40,412 nt of DNA from the NCBI RefSeq assembly GCF_001194135.2, contig NC_068996.1, forward strand, positions 5,678,518 to 5,718,929, read 5' to 3'. The notes beneath the pieces were generated by a model. It saw nothing but the letters and a program-made list of their open reading frames with translations. It did not search any database and was not told the origin of the DNA. The position numbers and the translations under genes were made by a program. Positions within the stretch are counted from its first letter, which is position 1, and every line of letters begins with the position of its first letter. This document shows, one piece after another, positions 10,140 through 22,127 of this stretch. The DNA is from Octopus bimaculoides (taxonomy: Eukaryota).

Positions 10140-10187
10140 GTCTCCGATGAAGGGATATATAAAGTATCCCGGAAATAGATGTAAGAC
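10140..10187 (+). ncRNA. Degenerate minimal type I hammerhead ribozyme motif
   Basis: GTCT-CCGATGA-A-GGGATA(tataaag)TATCCC-G-GAA-ATAGATGT-A-AGAC: stems I and II intact, U4 changed to C, stem III decayed from ACAGCTGT. Confidence 0.65.
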
Positions 10188-10414
10188 CATCGCTTTATAA
10201 ATGTTCTGAAATCTTTCGTAGCCTTGGATTTTTATCTCATTCTTCATATATATATNNNNNNNNNNNNNNNNNNNNNNNNNNNNNNNNNTATATATATATA
10301 TATATATATGGATCTAGATTGCAAGATATGTCATATACAAGTTATTGGAATATAGTTCCCCAGGTTCATGTGTATTAAGAGTTGTGAGCGCCATGTATAC
10401 ATCAAGTTATGTAT

Positions 10415-10900
10415 GGTCGGAATTGTAATATGTGACTGTGCGTTTAGCTGCGTGTAGGCATCTGGGTAATTGTTCAATCAATTTATTTATAATGCACTCC
10501 TTTGTTAACATTATCGAGAGTGACATCTCGGAGCATAACTGGCATTTCCGGGATATAATGTTGTAGGGACTCGCATGTTTCAGTATAGACCATGGTAAGG
10601 TCGTATTTTGTCTTTGATTCCTTAAGCTTCCAAATAAAATTGGCCAGTGATGTTACATGTCTTTTAAGGATATTTCGAAAGCTGGCGATTTGGTTGCGGT
10701 ATTGATTTTTGAAAAAATCGGCCGATGCCCCGATATACACGTAGGGGCCTCATCTAGTGTTTATAGTGCACTTGTATACCACGTCCTTAGTCATACATTG
10801 ATTATACAAAGGACAATGGGATCTATTTCTGCATGAGGGATTGGTTCTGTTCGGTATGTTGGCTGTAAATATTATCGTTTTATTATCACTACTTGTAGGT
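10415..10900 (-). mobile_element. Penelope-like element GIY-YIG endonuclease remnant (in-frame stop, frameshift)
   Basis: CRNRSHCPLYNQCMTKDVVYKC...YIGASADFFKNQYRNQIASF...TSLANFIWKLKE, then KCQLCSE...INKLIEQLPRCLHAAK in a shifted frame; Cys-rich linker plus GIY-YIG typical of PLEs. Confidence 0.85.
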
Positions 10901-11160
10901 GTTCTCAGTTTATTATTTGAATTGTTGCTGGTGTTATTTGTTGGATGGTTATCATAGATATTGTAATTATTGCTCTGCTGGTTGGTAGTATAATTTGAGT
11001 TATAAACGTTGTCTTTAGGTTGGTCATAAGCGTTATGGCTGATGTCGAGAAGGTTATTTTTAGAGCGTGCGCAGAAGTGTATCAGTTTGATGCTCGGAAA
11101 GGAGAAAGGGAGAGGTCCAAAGGAGGAAAAGAAATCGCCAACGGCACACGTGTTAAATTG

Positions 11161-11235
<75 letters not shown>

Positions 11236-11240
<5 letters not shown>

Positions 11241-11506
11241 TGGAATTCACAAGACTTCATTGTTCACTACGATGGTTTGGCTTATAACGAGCAGCGAACT
11301 ACCATCCACCAAAATGCATTGTAATCAAAATAAGCGAAACGGAGATTTAAAAAAACGGGTACCCTTTGACAAGTCACGTGAGGAGACATATCTGCCCCTA
11401 TGATGCACCATAACTATCTGTAAAATATTTCATCCATGAGGCACCGGTGTACGAGGGGTCGAATCGATCATAGTGAATGATAAAGAGTCTCGTGAATTCC
11501 ATTTTC
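11236..11506. mobile_element. MITE-like element with imperfect terminal inverted repeats
   Basis: gaaaatggaattcac (11236-11250) is the perfect reverse complement of 11492-11506, extending imperfectly to about 45 bp. No clear TSD. Confidence 0.45.
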
Positions 11507-12549
11507 TTTCTCACATATTCTATCAAATTCTGTGGACACAAAGGAATCCCTGAAGTAAATCCAGTGCCATTTACATCCATACTGTTGATGACATCAGGTA
11601 GCTGAATACAATGAGCGGGCATTAAGCGGCATACTACTCAAATTTGAGATTATTACTTATGAAGATCCCTCTATCTATCTACCTATCTATCTTTCTTCTT
11701 ACCCATCTCCCCCTCTCGCTCTGCTTCCTTCTGTTGTCCTGGCTTCTACTTCACTGCTATACACATCCCTCTTTTCTTCCTTGTTTCACATTAGAGTTCC
11801 TCATGGCGTGAGGCGTTATTGTATAGTAATGCCCTTATATAAATATAAATATATATTTCGGGAATAAATGATGGGTTTTTTTTTCCCTTATGAGGTTTTT
11901 TTTCACGCTAGCTACTTGATAAATTCTTGTAAAAGAATTCGTCCTATTATTGAAATTTAAATATATTACCGGAATATATTCAGTGCTGAATTTATTCTGA
12001 GTAAGAGGCATATTTACCGNNNNNNNNNNNNNNNNNNNNNNNNNNNNNNNNNNNNNNNNNNNNNNNNNNNNNNNNNNNNNNNNNNNNNNNNNNNNNNNNN
12101 NNNNNNNNNNNNNNNNNNNNNNNNNNNNNNNNNNNNNNNNNNNNNNNNNNNNNNNNNNNNNNNNNNNNNNNNNNNNNNNNNNNNNNNNNNNNNNNNNNNN
12201 NNNNNNNNNNNNNNNNNNNNNNNNNNNNNNNNNNNNNNNNNNNNNNNNNNNNNNNNNNNNNNNNNNNNNNNNNNNNNNNNNNNNNNNNNNNNNNNNNNNN
12301 NNNNNNNNNNNNNNNNNNNNNNNNNNNNNNNNNNNNNNNNNNNNNNNNNNNNNNNNNNNNNNNNNNNNNNNNNNNNNNNNNNNNNNNNNNNNNNNNNNNN
12401 NNNNNNNNNNNNNNNNNNNNNNNNNNNNNNNNNNNNNNNNNNNNNNNNNNNNNNNNNNNNNNNNNNNNNNNNNNNNNNNNNNNNNNNNNNNNNNNNNNNN
12501 NNNNNNNNNNNNNNTATATATATATATATATTCATTGAAGTGAAGAGTA

Positions 12550-13512
12550 TTATACTGTATATCCATTACGGCCGATCTTACAGATCGGTTTCGCGCTAGG
12601 GATTCAACGTAGTGTTAGATGACAATCCAATTATGTAACCCTGCGCTCATCAGTGTCAGCTGTTATAGAATGGAATATGGCGACTATTCTCTATCGTTGG
12701 AGGTGAATAGACACATCCAGTTTGTGGTGGTTCTGAAAAATATGCTGAAACGAATCGAGCAGGGGATTGAGTTAAGAGTTATGTCCCTAGGTACCAAAAC
12801 ATCCACACTGGATAGGAGGGAGTTGTTGCAAGTTGGCAAGAGTTTTCTGGAAAATTGTGTGGGGAAATGTGGGGAAAAGGTTGGTTTTCTTGTGGAAATG
12901 GAATTTGTGTAGTGGTACTATATTTATGAGTGTACATTCACATCTGTTTTTGTCTGTTTCCTTTCTTTTATGTCTTGGTTAAATTCGTGGGGCTCTTTTG
13001 TGTGCATGCGGTGTGTTTAGGGGCACAATATGTGTGGGTGCTTATATTGGTGGTGGGGTCGTTGGCTAGGTGTCCGCGGTGTTGGAGGTGTGTGTTTGTT
13101 TGTGGGTGTGTTAGTGTATCTTCTGGTCAAACTCTTTACCGGACTCCCAGATATTGGTGGAAGGCCGAAGTTGGAGGACTGGTGATTATAGTCATGATGG
13201 GACATACAGTATGATACGATGTACTTCCTTTCATGTGGGCAAAGGTTAAAAATTTCACCTCTGCTATTCAAGTAAATGCCTGAGTATTGGGAGCTCTTTA
13301 AAATCGCGCATTTCTAAGCCAGTCATAACCTGCACTTCCTCCTGTTGAAGTACGTTTTACATTTCACCAGAAACTTCCACTTTGAGCTGTACTGGGTGGC
13401 GCTTTCTTTCAAAAACCATACGTGCTTGACCAAGGTTGTGGCGTTATATCTCTCTGAGGTGTTAAAGGAGGACGTGTGGTTCTTATAGGAGGTTCTGAAG
13501 GGACTTTCAGTT
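12550..13512 (-). mobile_element. Penelope-like element 3' portion: GIY-YIG C-terminus plus terminal repeat region
   Basis: FRTSYKNHTSSFNTSERYNATTLVKHVWFLKE...KWK...RKCRL then YLNSRGEIFNLCPHERKY; the terminal region carries a hammerhead motif. Confidence 0.8.
12566..12657 (-). ncRNA. Type I hammerhead ribozyme motif with intact catalytic core but decayed cleavage site
   Basis: Minus strand: CTGATGA-GCGCAGGG(37-nt loop)CCCT-A-GCGC-GAAA-CCGATCT(gta)AGATCGG-CC. Cleavage triplet reads GCC rather than GUC and stem I is weak. Confidence 0.75.
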
Positions 13513-13514
13513 GC

Positions 13515-13542
<28 letters not shown>

Positions 13543-13545
<3 letters not shown>

Positions 13546-13750
13546 CGTGGCTCACGAGTGTTAGATTGTGAGTTCGATTCTCGGCGGCATGTTGTGTCCT
13601 TGAGCAAAACACGTTGCTCCAGTCCACTCAAAGGACCAGCCTTATTACATTTTGTGTCATGCTGAATCTCTCTGGGATGCTCAGTTTCAAAAGCAAGCTG
13701 TTTCGTTGATCGGATCAACTGGAACCCTCGTCGTTGTGACCGCCAGAATG
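13543..13750 (+). mobile_element. tRNA-derived SINE family C, degenerate
   Basis: gagttcgattctc B box and gttgtgtccttgagcaaaacac...gttgctccagtccactc core shared with 30961-31226 and 33627-33878. Confidence 0.7.
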
Positions 13751-14116
13751 CCAGTTATGTGTGTGTNNNNNNNNNNNNNNNNNNNNNNNNNNNNNNNNNN
13801 NNNNNNNNNNNNNNNNNNNNNNNNNNNNNNNNNNNNNNNNNNNNNNNNNNNNNNNNNNNNNNNNNNNNNNNNNNNNNNNNNNNNNNNNNNNNNNNNNNNN
13901 NNNNNNNNNNNNNNNNNNNNNNNNNNNNNNNNNNNNNNNNNNNNNNNNNNNNNNNNNNNNNNNNNNNNNNNNNNNNNNNNNNNNNNNNNNNNNNNNNNNN
14001 NNNNNNNNNNNNNNNNNNNNNNNNNNNNNNNNNNNNNNNNNNNNNNNNNNNNNNNNNNNNNNNNNNNNNNNNNNNNNNNNNNNNNNNNNNNNNNNNNNNN
14101 NNNNNNNNNNNNNNNN

Positions 14117-14165
<49 letters not shown>

Positions 14166-14622
14166 GTATGTATGAGTAAGTTTACATAAGTGACTTTTCT
14201 TAAGTATGTTGGTGTGCAGTTTCCCTCGCAATTAAATTTTTGTAAATATTTTATTTCAGAATTAACAGAAAGTCTAAAATCCGACGTGTTTCATTTATAT
14301 ATAATGTCCTGAAAATTTGTATGTAATCATCGCGGTATTTCAACTGTGCATTCACACACACACACACGTGTATATATTAAACATTACATTTTAGATCAAT
14401 TTATTTATTTCATGTTTTTTTTAATGTTTTATCGAGTTCGTTAACCGAGTCAGGTTACTCACAAATAGAGTAAGGTTCAACGGCGAGAAAGGCTGAATGA
14501 AACAGATGTCCTGCTTTAAATTTAGATGCTTGGGTTTCTATCGGGATATGACATTTTAAATGTAACTGCCCTTTCGTGACATACAGAAAAGCCCTCTTTT
14601 TTTTTTTTCGGCGTTATATCTA

Positions 14623-14626
<4 letters not shown>

Positions 14627-14684
<58 letters not shown>

Positions 14685-16490
14685 TAGTTTTATTTTTATC
14701 ACGTGCTTTCACTTCACTACCGAGCGCAGCTCTGTGCGCCTTGGGTATGTGCTGTGGTTTGCTGTGATGTTCTTATGGTTACTGTATTGAAAGTGTTTTG
14801 CGTAGAATGTGTGCAGTACCCAGTAGTGCAATTTTCTGTATGTTATATATATTTGTAAGTCCTGGTGTTTTTGTTATGTATTTGTCTGAATATTTNNNNN
14901 NNNNNTACATCAATTAGAAAGCATTGTTTTCCTTCATGATTTTTGACAACTATATCTGGTCTATCGGCCTTAATTTCTCTATCTGTGTGTATTGGTATAT
15001 CCCAGAGTATGGTTGCTTTCTTGTTTTCTGTGACCTTTTCTGGCGTGTGTTTATACCATCTTTTTTCCGTTGTTAATCCATAGTGTTGGCATAGCTTCCA
15101 GTGTATATAGGTCCCAACTCTATCGTGTCTGTGAATATATTCCTTCTTAGCCAGGACTGGGCAGCCAGAGATAATATGGTTTATTTCTCTGATAAATCCA
15201 TGTACTGTCTGTAGTAATGTTTCCAGCTGTTTATCATTTGTAGCGTATAATTTTAGGTCATCCATATATAAGAAGTGGCTAATTGTTTTGTTGTAGCAGT
15301 TGCATCCACATCCAGTTTTGTTTAGCATGCCAGATAAAAGTGCCAGTGTCAAACAGAAAAGGAGTGGAGAGAATGTGTCTCCCTTGAATATTCTTCTTCT
15401 AGTGGAGATGGATTTGTTTTTTATGAGTCCTTCTTTTGTCTGGAGCTGTAGCACTGTCTGCCATTTATCCATAGAATGTTTTATATATTTTATGATTATT
15501 GGTGCTACCTTGTTCATGTCTAAATTTTCTAGGATCCATGTATGGGGAATGCTATAAAAAGCCTTTTGGTAATTAATCCAGCCCAGACTTAGACCCTTCT
15601 TCTTTCTGAAGTTGTCTTCAGGTATAGCTTTATTGATCACTAGCTGAGCTTTACAGCCGTATGAGCCCCTGCAGCATCCCTTCAGCTCTTCTGGAAGCAG
15701 GTTGTTTTCTTCCAGATGCTTGCTCATTCTCTGCGATATTATTGCAGTAAAGGCTTTGTAAATTATAGGGAGACGATTTATCAGTCTGTAATTTTGTGGG
15801 TTTGCCGTTTCAGTGAATTTCGGAATTAGGATAATTTTCCCTTCCGTGAAACATTCAGGTATTGTCTCTGGCTCTGCTAGTATTTGCGTAAACTCCTTAG
15901 CCAGCTTTCTATGTGTTCCTGTTGGGTATTTTAACCAGAATTTGGGGATCTTGTCGTGTCCGGGTGCCTTCCAATTGCATCGTTTTTGCAGTGCCTGAGT
16001 GACCTCTTCAGTTGTTATAGGCGTCCAGAGTTGTTCAGGTGCTGCGTTTGTTGTTTTGATGGATCTTTTCTGAGGCTGTTCCTTTGCCGACTATATTTCT
16101 TTCCGAAATTCTTCCACTTCTGTTGTTGGTGCTGCATTGATATCTATTTTATTTTCGCCAAGTTTTTGGTAGAATCTTTTGGAGTTGGAAGTGAACTGTT
16201 TGTTTTGTTCAAAGAAACGATGGCGTTTCTCATACCGGAGGATTCTTTGAGCTTTGGCGACGATATCTTGCTTTAGCTGTTCTTTAACCTCAAATATACT
16301 TTGTTCTGTAATTTTGTATTTATGTGGTATTTTTCATCTCTTGTTGTTTAATAGTGTTCATTGTCCACTAGTTTTATAAAGGATTGACAGATCCTTTGTC
16401 TTTTTTCCTTTTTTTTTGTGGATACTTATCCAGAACGTTTGTTTGGGTGGTGATACTCCTGTTTGGGTGGGTTTGAGGGAGTACGTTCTG
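14627..16490 (-). mobile_element. R4/Dong-type RLE non-LTR retrotransposon (subfamily 1), 5'-truncated, internally deleted, (AAT)n tail
   Basis: NWKAPGHDKI, ELKGC..GSYGCK.QL.INK, WINYQKAFYSIPH (catalytic Asp lost), GDTFSPLLF, YMDD; then HIISGC...RHD.V, WD, RPDIV, IDV (RLE) and QKIALLGTAHILRK*; (ATT)n at 14627-14680. Confidence 0.92.
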
Positions 16491-16581
16491 ATTGTTGCTG
16501 TTATTATTGTCGTTGTTATTGTTGTTGTTGTTGGTGGTGGTGGTGGTGGTGGTGGTGGTGGTGGTCTTATTCTTGTTCTTA

Positions 16582-16800
16582 AGGCTGCGAGTTGGCTGAA
16601 TCATCTGCACTCCGGACAAAATGTTTAGCGGCATTTCGTCCGCTTTTACGTTCAGAGTTCAAATTCCGCCGAAGTTGACTTTGCCTTTCATTCTTTCGGG
16701 GTCGTTAAAATAAATTACTAGTCAAATACTAGAGTCGATGTAATCGATTATCCCCTCTCACAAAATTCCAGGCTTTGCGTCCATAGAAGAAAGGGTTACT
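16582..16800 (+). mobile_element. SINE family A
   Basis: aaggctgcgagttggctgaatc head, gagttcaaattccgccga B box and conserved core. Confidence 0.85.
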
Positions 16801-17040
16801 ATTGCTTTTGTTGTTGTTATTTCTTTGCTTTTTCTTGTTCCATGCATGACACTCCATCCGTCTAATCACAACGAACTGCGCAGGTTTCTTTCACAAACTT
16901 CACTGCTATGTAAACCACAAGTTCTTGCGGTTTAACGCGTGCGCGCACGCGCACGCATTCAAGCGCTCACACACACTCACACACATTCATGCGTATGTAC
17001 ATACACATATTTATATATGTACACAGACAGACAGACAGAC

Positions 17041-17087
<47 letters not shown>

Positions 17088-17597
17088 CAGATAGATAGAT
17101 AGATCAGTTTTTTAATGCTTCAATGTATTATAAAAGAATAATATTTGTGATAAAGACTGTTAATGATGTGTAGCCAGTTGTACCTCATTTTATCTGATCC
17201 TTCTTTCTCTAGAGATTTTATTACCTCCGCCAAGGAAGGAGGTTATGTTTTCATTGACGTTGGTTTGTCTGTCTGTGTGCAAAATAACTCAAAACGTTGT
17301 GAACGGTATTTGATGAAACTTGTAGAAAACGTTGGTAATGACACAAGAAACAGATGATGAAATTTTGGTAGTAATCCGGGAATTTTTATGGATTCTTGAA
17401 GGATTTTTCATTTGTTATATTTATTTTACATGTAGTATTACAATGTTACGTTCTTTGATTATCTCCCTTGATAACACGTTCATCGTTTCCACTTAACCTA
17501 TGGTGGCGTTGCTGCTCCCAAAGTTTTTTTTCGTTTCTCTATTAGTAATTTTACTCGCGTATCTATCTTAAAATGAGCTGCTTGGCGGAGGTCTGCG

Positions 17598-18092
17598 GAG
17601 GATGACATGAAAAGTCTTAACTATTGGGATCGACTCAAAAAGCTCAGGCTTTGCTCCCTCCACCGCCGCTGTGAGCTCTATATCATCTGTACGATGTGGA
17701 AGATATTCTATCAACATTGCCCATCTTTAAAATTCGTCCAAGGCTTGACCCCCGTGCCATCCGTCCTCTACAGAAATGTTCGTGTCGTATCACAACACTA
17801 TGACAGAACTATTTCACTTCAATTGGCCCTGCTCTCTTCAACATCGTGCCAGACATACATAAAGGAGGAAAGTGACTTCACGGCATTCAAACGATCCCTA
17901 GATGATTACCCACAACAAATACCAGATAAACCACCCACACCCAGATATGTCTCTGAAAGCAATAACCTCCTGCTTGAATGGGCTACGGTTCCCCAGAGCT
18001 GACTGTGTATCTCTTCCAGATGGTGATATTAAATTAGACATGGCCTGAGTCAACGTCGGCCGAAACTTATCTAAGTAATCTAATCTATGCTG
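17598..18092 (+). mobile_element. 3' end of a CR1/L2-like LINE with short-repeat tail
   Basis: LNYWDRLKKLRLCSLHRR...WKI, GPALFNIVP..IK, FKRSLDD..QQIPDKPPTP.Y; 3' stem-loop ggcc...ggccgaaac and ctaag/ctaat repeats. Exact clade uncertain. Confidence 0.75.
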
Positions 18093-18280
18093 TAACCTTT
18101 TAACCAAAGCATGACAACGTGGGTAGAGGCTGATATCTTAACATTTCTGGTGGTCTTAAGTATTAAAAAAATCATTAAAGTTTATATAGAACTACATTCA
18201 AAGTATGTCTGTAAGCTATTGTGTTTAGACCTGGTTTCTAGCCTGAAACTGTTCCGTTTTGTAGATGCAATTTTTGTTTT

Positions 18281-18362
18281 AATAAAGCACTCCGAAATTA
18301 GAAAAATCAAAAATCTGCAACAATCTCGGTCCCATGAGTATCGGATAATGGATTTTCAACTG
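18281..18362 (-). mobile_element. Orphan Tigger/MER2-like terminal inverted repeat
   Basis: Reverse complement cagttgaaaatccattatccgatactcatgggaccgag...gcagatttttgattttt resembles TcMar-Tigger MITE ends; no partner end found. Confidence 0.45.
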
Positions 18363-19503
18363 TGTAAAGAAACTGATTGTGGTGATCGTAGCTTTGACGG
18401 CGATTGTGGAGAAAGCGGAGACAGGGTTGATGATGACGATGGTTGAGATAAATATGGGAGAAGGATAAAATAGTACCAGTGGTTATAATGGCGACAGGAG
18501 CGGCGTGATGTATGATGCTGAGGTGATGGTGGTATTGCAGTGGTTATACTGGTTGTGGTGGTGAAAGTGACTGCCAAGGTAACCGTCATAATAACATTGA
18601 TGGCCGTGTATATGGTTGAAGTGGATGCAATGACAATACTGCTGATGATGTTGGTGGTTGTGGTGGTGGTGATAGTGGTAGGATAATTGTGGTGGTGATT
18701 GTGGTGGTGGTGGTGGTCGTCGTCGTCGTCGTCGTCGTCGTCGTAGTGCTGCTCCTGCTGGTTTGGCGGAGGTCTGCGCTCTCCGAGTACTTTTCTAGTT
18801 TTAAATTTAAAAAGACGAGTGTTTTTTAATTCTCAAGTGTACTTAACTTCAATTAATTTAATATACAATGATGGCGAAAATCTGTAGGTTTACTCTAAAT
18901 AACTTCATAGTGTCAAAAGTTAGCACTTTTAACGCGTTCTTAATTTAGTAATTATCCCAAATACAAAGAATGCAGCGATGTGTATCCGATATAACAAAGC
19001 CTCTAATAACACTGGTCCTAAGTAAGTACACATATAGCAATGGATAGTAAAAGAATGGTAGTCAGTTGCTGAGAAAATTCAGTAAGGGTTGCATACAATT
19101 GGCCCAGTTGTTTTCTAGTTATGTTCCCATTATGTTTATATAAAAATACACAGGACACTCGTTTGCATCTGGCTATTCTGTGTATATCAGTGTTAGCTGA
19201 AATATAGAAATTTTTATTCTTCTAATGGTTTAAAAGAAAAGAAAAAAAAGACTACCTTCAAACTTTAAGTCAATGATATCGACCCCAGTACTTAAAGCTC
19301 AGCCTGCTAATTATTTTAGCGAATACTATTTGTCACAAGCATAAAGGAAGACAACATAAACACATCAGTTTTAACCGGTGTAAAGATAAACGCGGATATG
19401 GACACATATAACTACATACGTATACGACGAGCTTCTGCGTAATTTCCATTCACCAAATTCTACTCTCGAAGCATTTCTCAACTTGAGACTCTCTCATTCT
19501 CTT

Positions 19504-19593
<90 letters not shown>

Positions 19594-20605
19594 GCGATCT
19601 TCTTTTCAGACTCACTTTCTGTTTTACTTCCTCTTAATTTTCCACTCGATTTATTTTTATCTTAATTTCTCTATCGATCGTCACACATCTCCATTGCTGT
19701 CTATCTTATCTATCTGTGTTTCTGGTCGTTTAACTGTTTGTTTGGTCGTCTATCTGCCTGTCTATCTGTATGTATTTATTTGTATATATACACACACACG
19801 TGGCTGTGTGGTAAGAAGCTTGCTTCCCAACCACGTGATTCCGGGTGCACATACATACATATATACATACGTAGGTATGTTTGTACCTCATGGGAAGTTT
19901 CAAATCACTATCACTCATGCGGCCCAACAAGGGTTGATAAGACCCCAATTTAAATCCCAGAAGCAATTGCATATGCGCAAACCCACTTAAGTGAACTGAT
20001 CCGTGAGTAGATGCTTCTGGGATGAGCCCAAGCAATGAACATTGCTTCCATCATTATCTGCTTTTGTAGGTTATTCCGTATAGGATAGATTTTATTGTTT
20101 ACTAGTGTTTATTGCAATTGTTCTTTACTGTAAGTGCATAGTGGACCGGCAGAAGAGCATGGTGCTTCTATGGCCAGTATAGCAGTTGGTTTCGTGAAGT
20201 TTATAATCCTTACTTTGGTAATGGAATACCAAAACCGCATTTGTCTATAACAGATTGTGTGTGTATATATATATATATATATNNNNNNNNNNNNNNNNNN
20301 NNNNNNNNNNNNNNNNNNNNNNNNNNNNNNNNNNNNNNNNNNNNNNNNNNNNNNNNNNNNNNNNNNNNNNNNNNNNNNNNNNNNNNNNNNNNNNNNNNNN
20401 NNNNNNNNNNNNNNNNNNNNNNNNNNNNNNNNNNNNNNNNNNNNNNNNNNNNNNNNNNNNNNNNNNNNNNNNNNNNNNNNNNNNNNNNNNNNNNNNNNNN
20501 NNNNNNNNNNNNNNNNNNNNNNNNNNNNNNNNNNNNNNNNNNNNNNNNNNNNNNNNNNNNNNNNNNNNNNNNNNNNNNNNNNNNNNNNNNNNNNNNNNNN
20601 NNNNN

Positions 20606-20647
<42 letters not shown>

Positions 20648-20944
20648 TTTGGTTGTTTATCTGTTAGTGCGTGTGTTTGTCGTGTGACGTTGTGGAAGTA
20701 ATTAGTAGCAGGAATAATTTGGGAGTGGTTGTGGACAATGGTCAGTAGAAAGTGGGAAGGCAGTTTTTGAGTATGTGTGTGTGTGCGTGTATGTGAGTTG
20801 TGTAGGTATGATTTTCTAGCAGTGTGTGCCTGTATTTGTTGTGTGCGTGTGTGTATGTGTATATATATATGTGTGTGTACGTGTGTGTGTATATGCGTGC
20901 GGTTTGCTCTGTGGATCGTACGTGGGTTATTTCGTGTGTATATA

Positions 20945-21085
20945 CACATACACTTCTGCCAAGTTCGACTTCGCCTTTTATCGTTTTGGTGTTGATGAAA
21001 TAAGTTCTAGCGGGCACCGGTGTCGATGTAATCGACTATCCCCTTCCTCTAAAAAAGAATTTAAAGCCTTTCCTTTAATTGAAAG
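20945..21085 (+). mobile_element. SINE family A, 5'-truncated and diverged
   Basis: gttcgacttcgccttttatcgttttggtgttgatgaaataagttctag...gtcgatgtaatcgact. Confidence 0.7.
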
Positions 21086-21129
21086 GATACTTAAAGATTT
21101 GTGATTTGTAAATGATAAGTATATTTTTT

Positions 21130-21720
21130 TTATATTTTGATATTTTTGTAGTTTATTGTCTTAATTTAAGCATTTTGTAAAGAGTAAAGTATTTTCTGGT
21201 CTGTTTTATGGATCGTTTCATACAGTTTATATGTGGTTTATATATTCTTTTTAAATATATTTTCTGATGTATTCGTTGTGTTTTTGTGCTAGAATTTTTC
21301 CAGATTTGGTTTTTTACTTTGACAGAATACTCATTGTTGATTGATGTTTGTTTTAGTCTGAGTATTTCTTCATCAAGTGCTTTGTTTGCGTAGAAGAATC
21401 TAATGCTAAATGCCGCTGGTGTTTTGTATTTGTGAGGTCATCCGCTATCTCCATGTAAGTATATGAATTTATTTGTGTATTTGATGTAAACAAACGTGTT
21501 ATATCTGTTATTTTCTGTTAGAATGTTTATGCCTAGAAACAGAGATATTGTATGGTAAGGATTTTCTTTGGACTGTTATGAATATTGAATTTTACTTTGG
21601 AGTTGATTTCTACGTTTTCTGTTGTTTTCTCAGTGGCGTCCGATTTGCCCATTACAACAAATCGTATGTTTAAATAGATGCGATATACATCTATGTGGGC
21701 GATATACTCACTGTAATGGT
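21130..21720 (-). pseudogene. Heavily decayed Penelope-like reverse transcriptase C-terminal region
   Basis: Minus frames give ENNRYNTFVYIKYTNKFIYLHGDS..PHKYK.AAF and EEILRLKQTSINNEY, resembling PLE 'T.VYRKPT...YLH..S.HP' and 'EL..I...A..NGY' motifs. Confidence 0.55.
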
Positions 21721-22127
21721 TACCCTGGAAAACATCGTGAAATTAAAAGAGATAGAAAATAGCTCAACACCAGAATGGTACAAATGAAAGTCATGAATTC
21801 ATCTCTAGATATAAGTATTTAGAGAGAGACCAAGAGATACATCACGTATGTTTACGCTTTCTACACGTACACACACGCACACACATACATATACGCATAC
21901 ACATATGTACTCAAACACACAAAAAAACACAGAAACACATTCACACACATGCATATAAAGTACATACTTACAAACACACATATGCATTCATGCAGACATA
22001 TGTGTATACATTCGCACAACATACGTGTGTACGTATGTACACACACATATGTATACGTACGTACATATCTATAGCATACATACAGCGTACATACATTGAA
22101 AGAACATACATAGACTAAACATACATA

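Larger units (their letters stand above)
17218..18800 (+). mobile_element. Non-autonomous Helitron/Helentron-type element (17218-17597 and 18763-18800) split by a 1165-bp insert
   Basis: 5' ttattaCCTCCGCCAAG, subterminal inverse CTTGGCGGAGG at 17581-17591, 3' hairpin gcgctctccgagtac and terminal ttCTAGtt at about 18800. Confidence 0.7.

Noticed and set aside
18035-18075. ggcctgag...ggccgaaac as a hammerhead
   Set aside because: Lacks the CUGANGA core; better explained as the LINE 3' stem-loop.
19954-20023. 12-bp inverted repeat atcccagaagca/tgcttctgggat
   Set aside because: Length is within chance expectation for a 40-kb AT-rich window.
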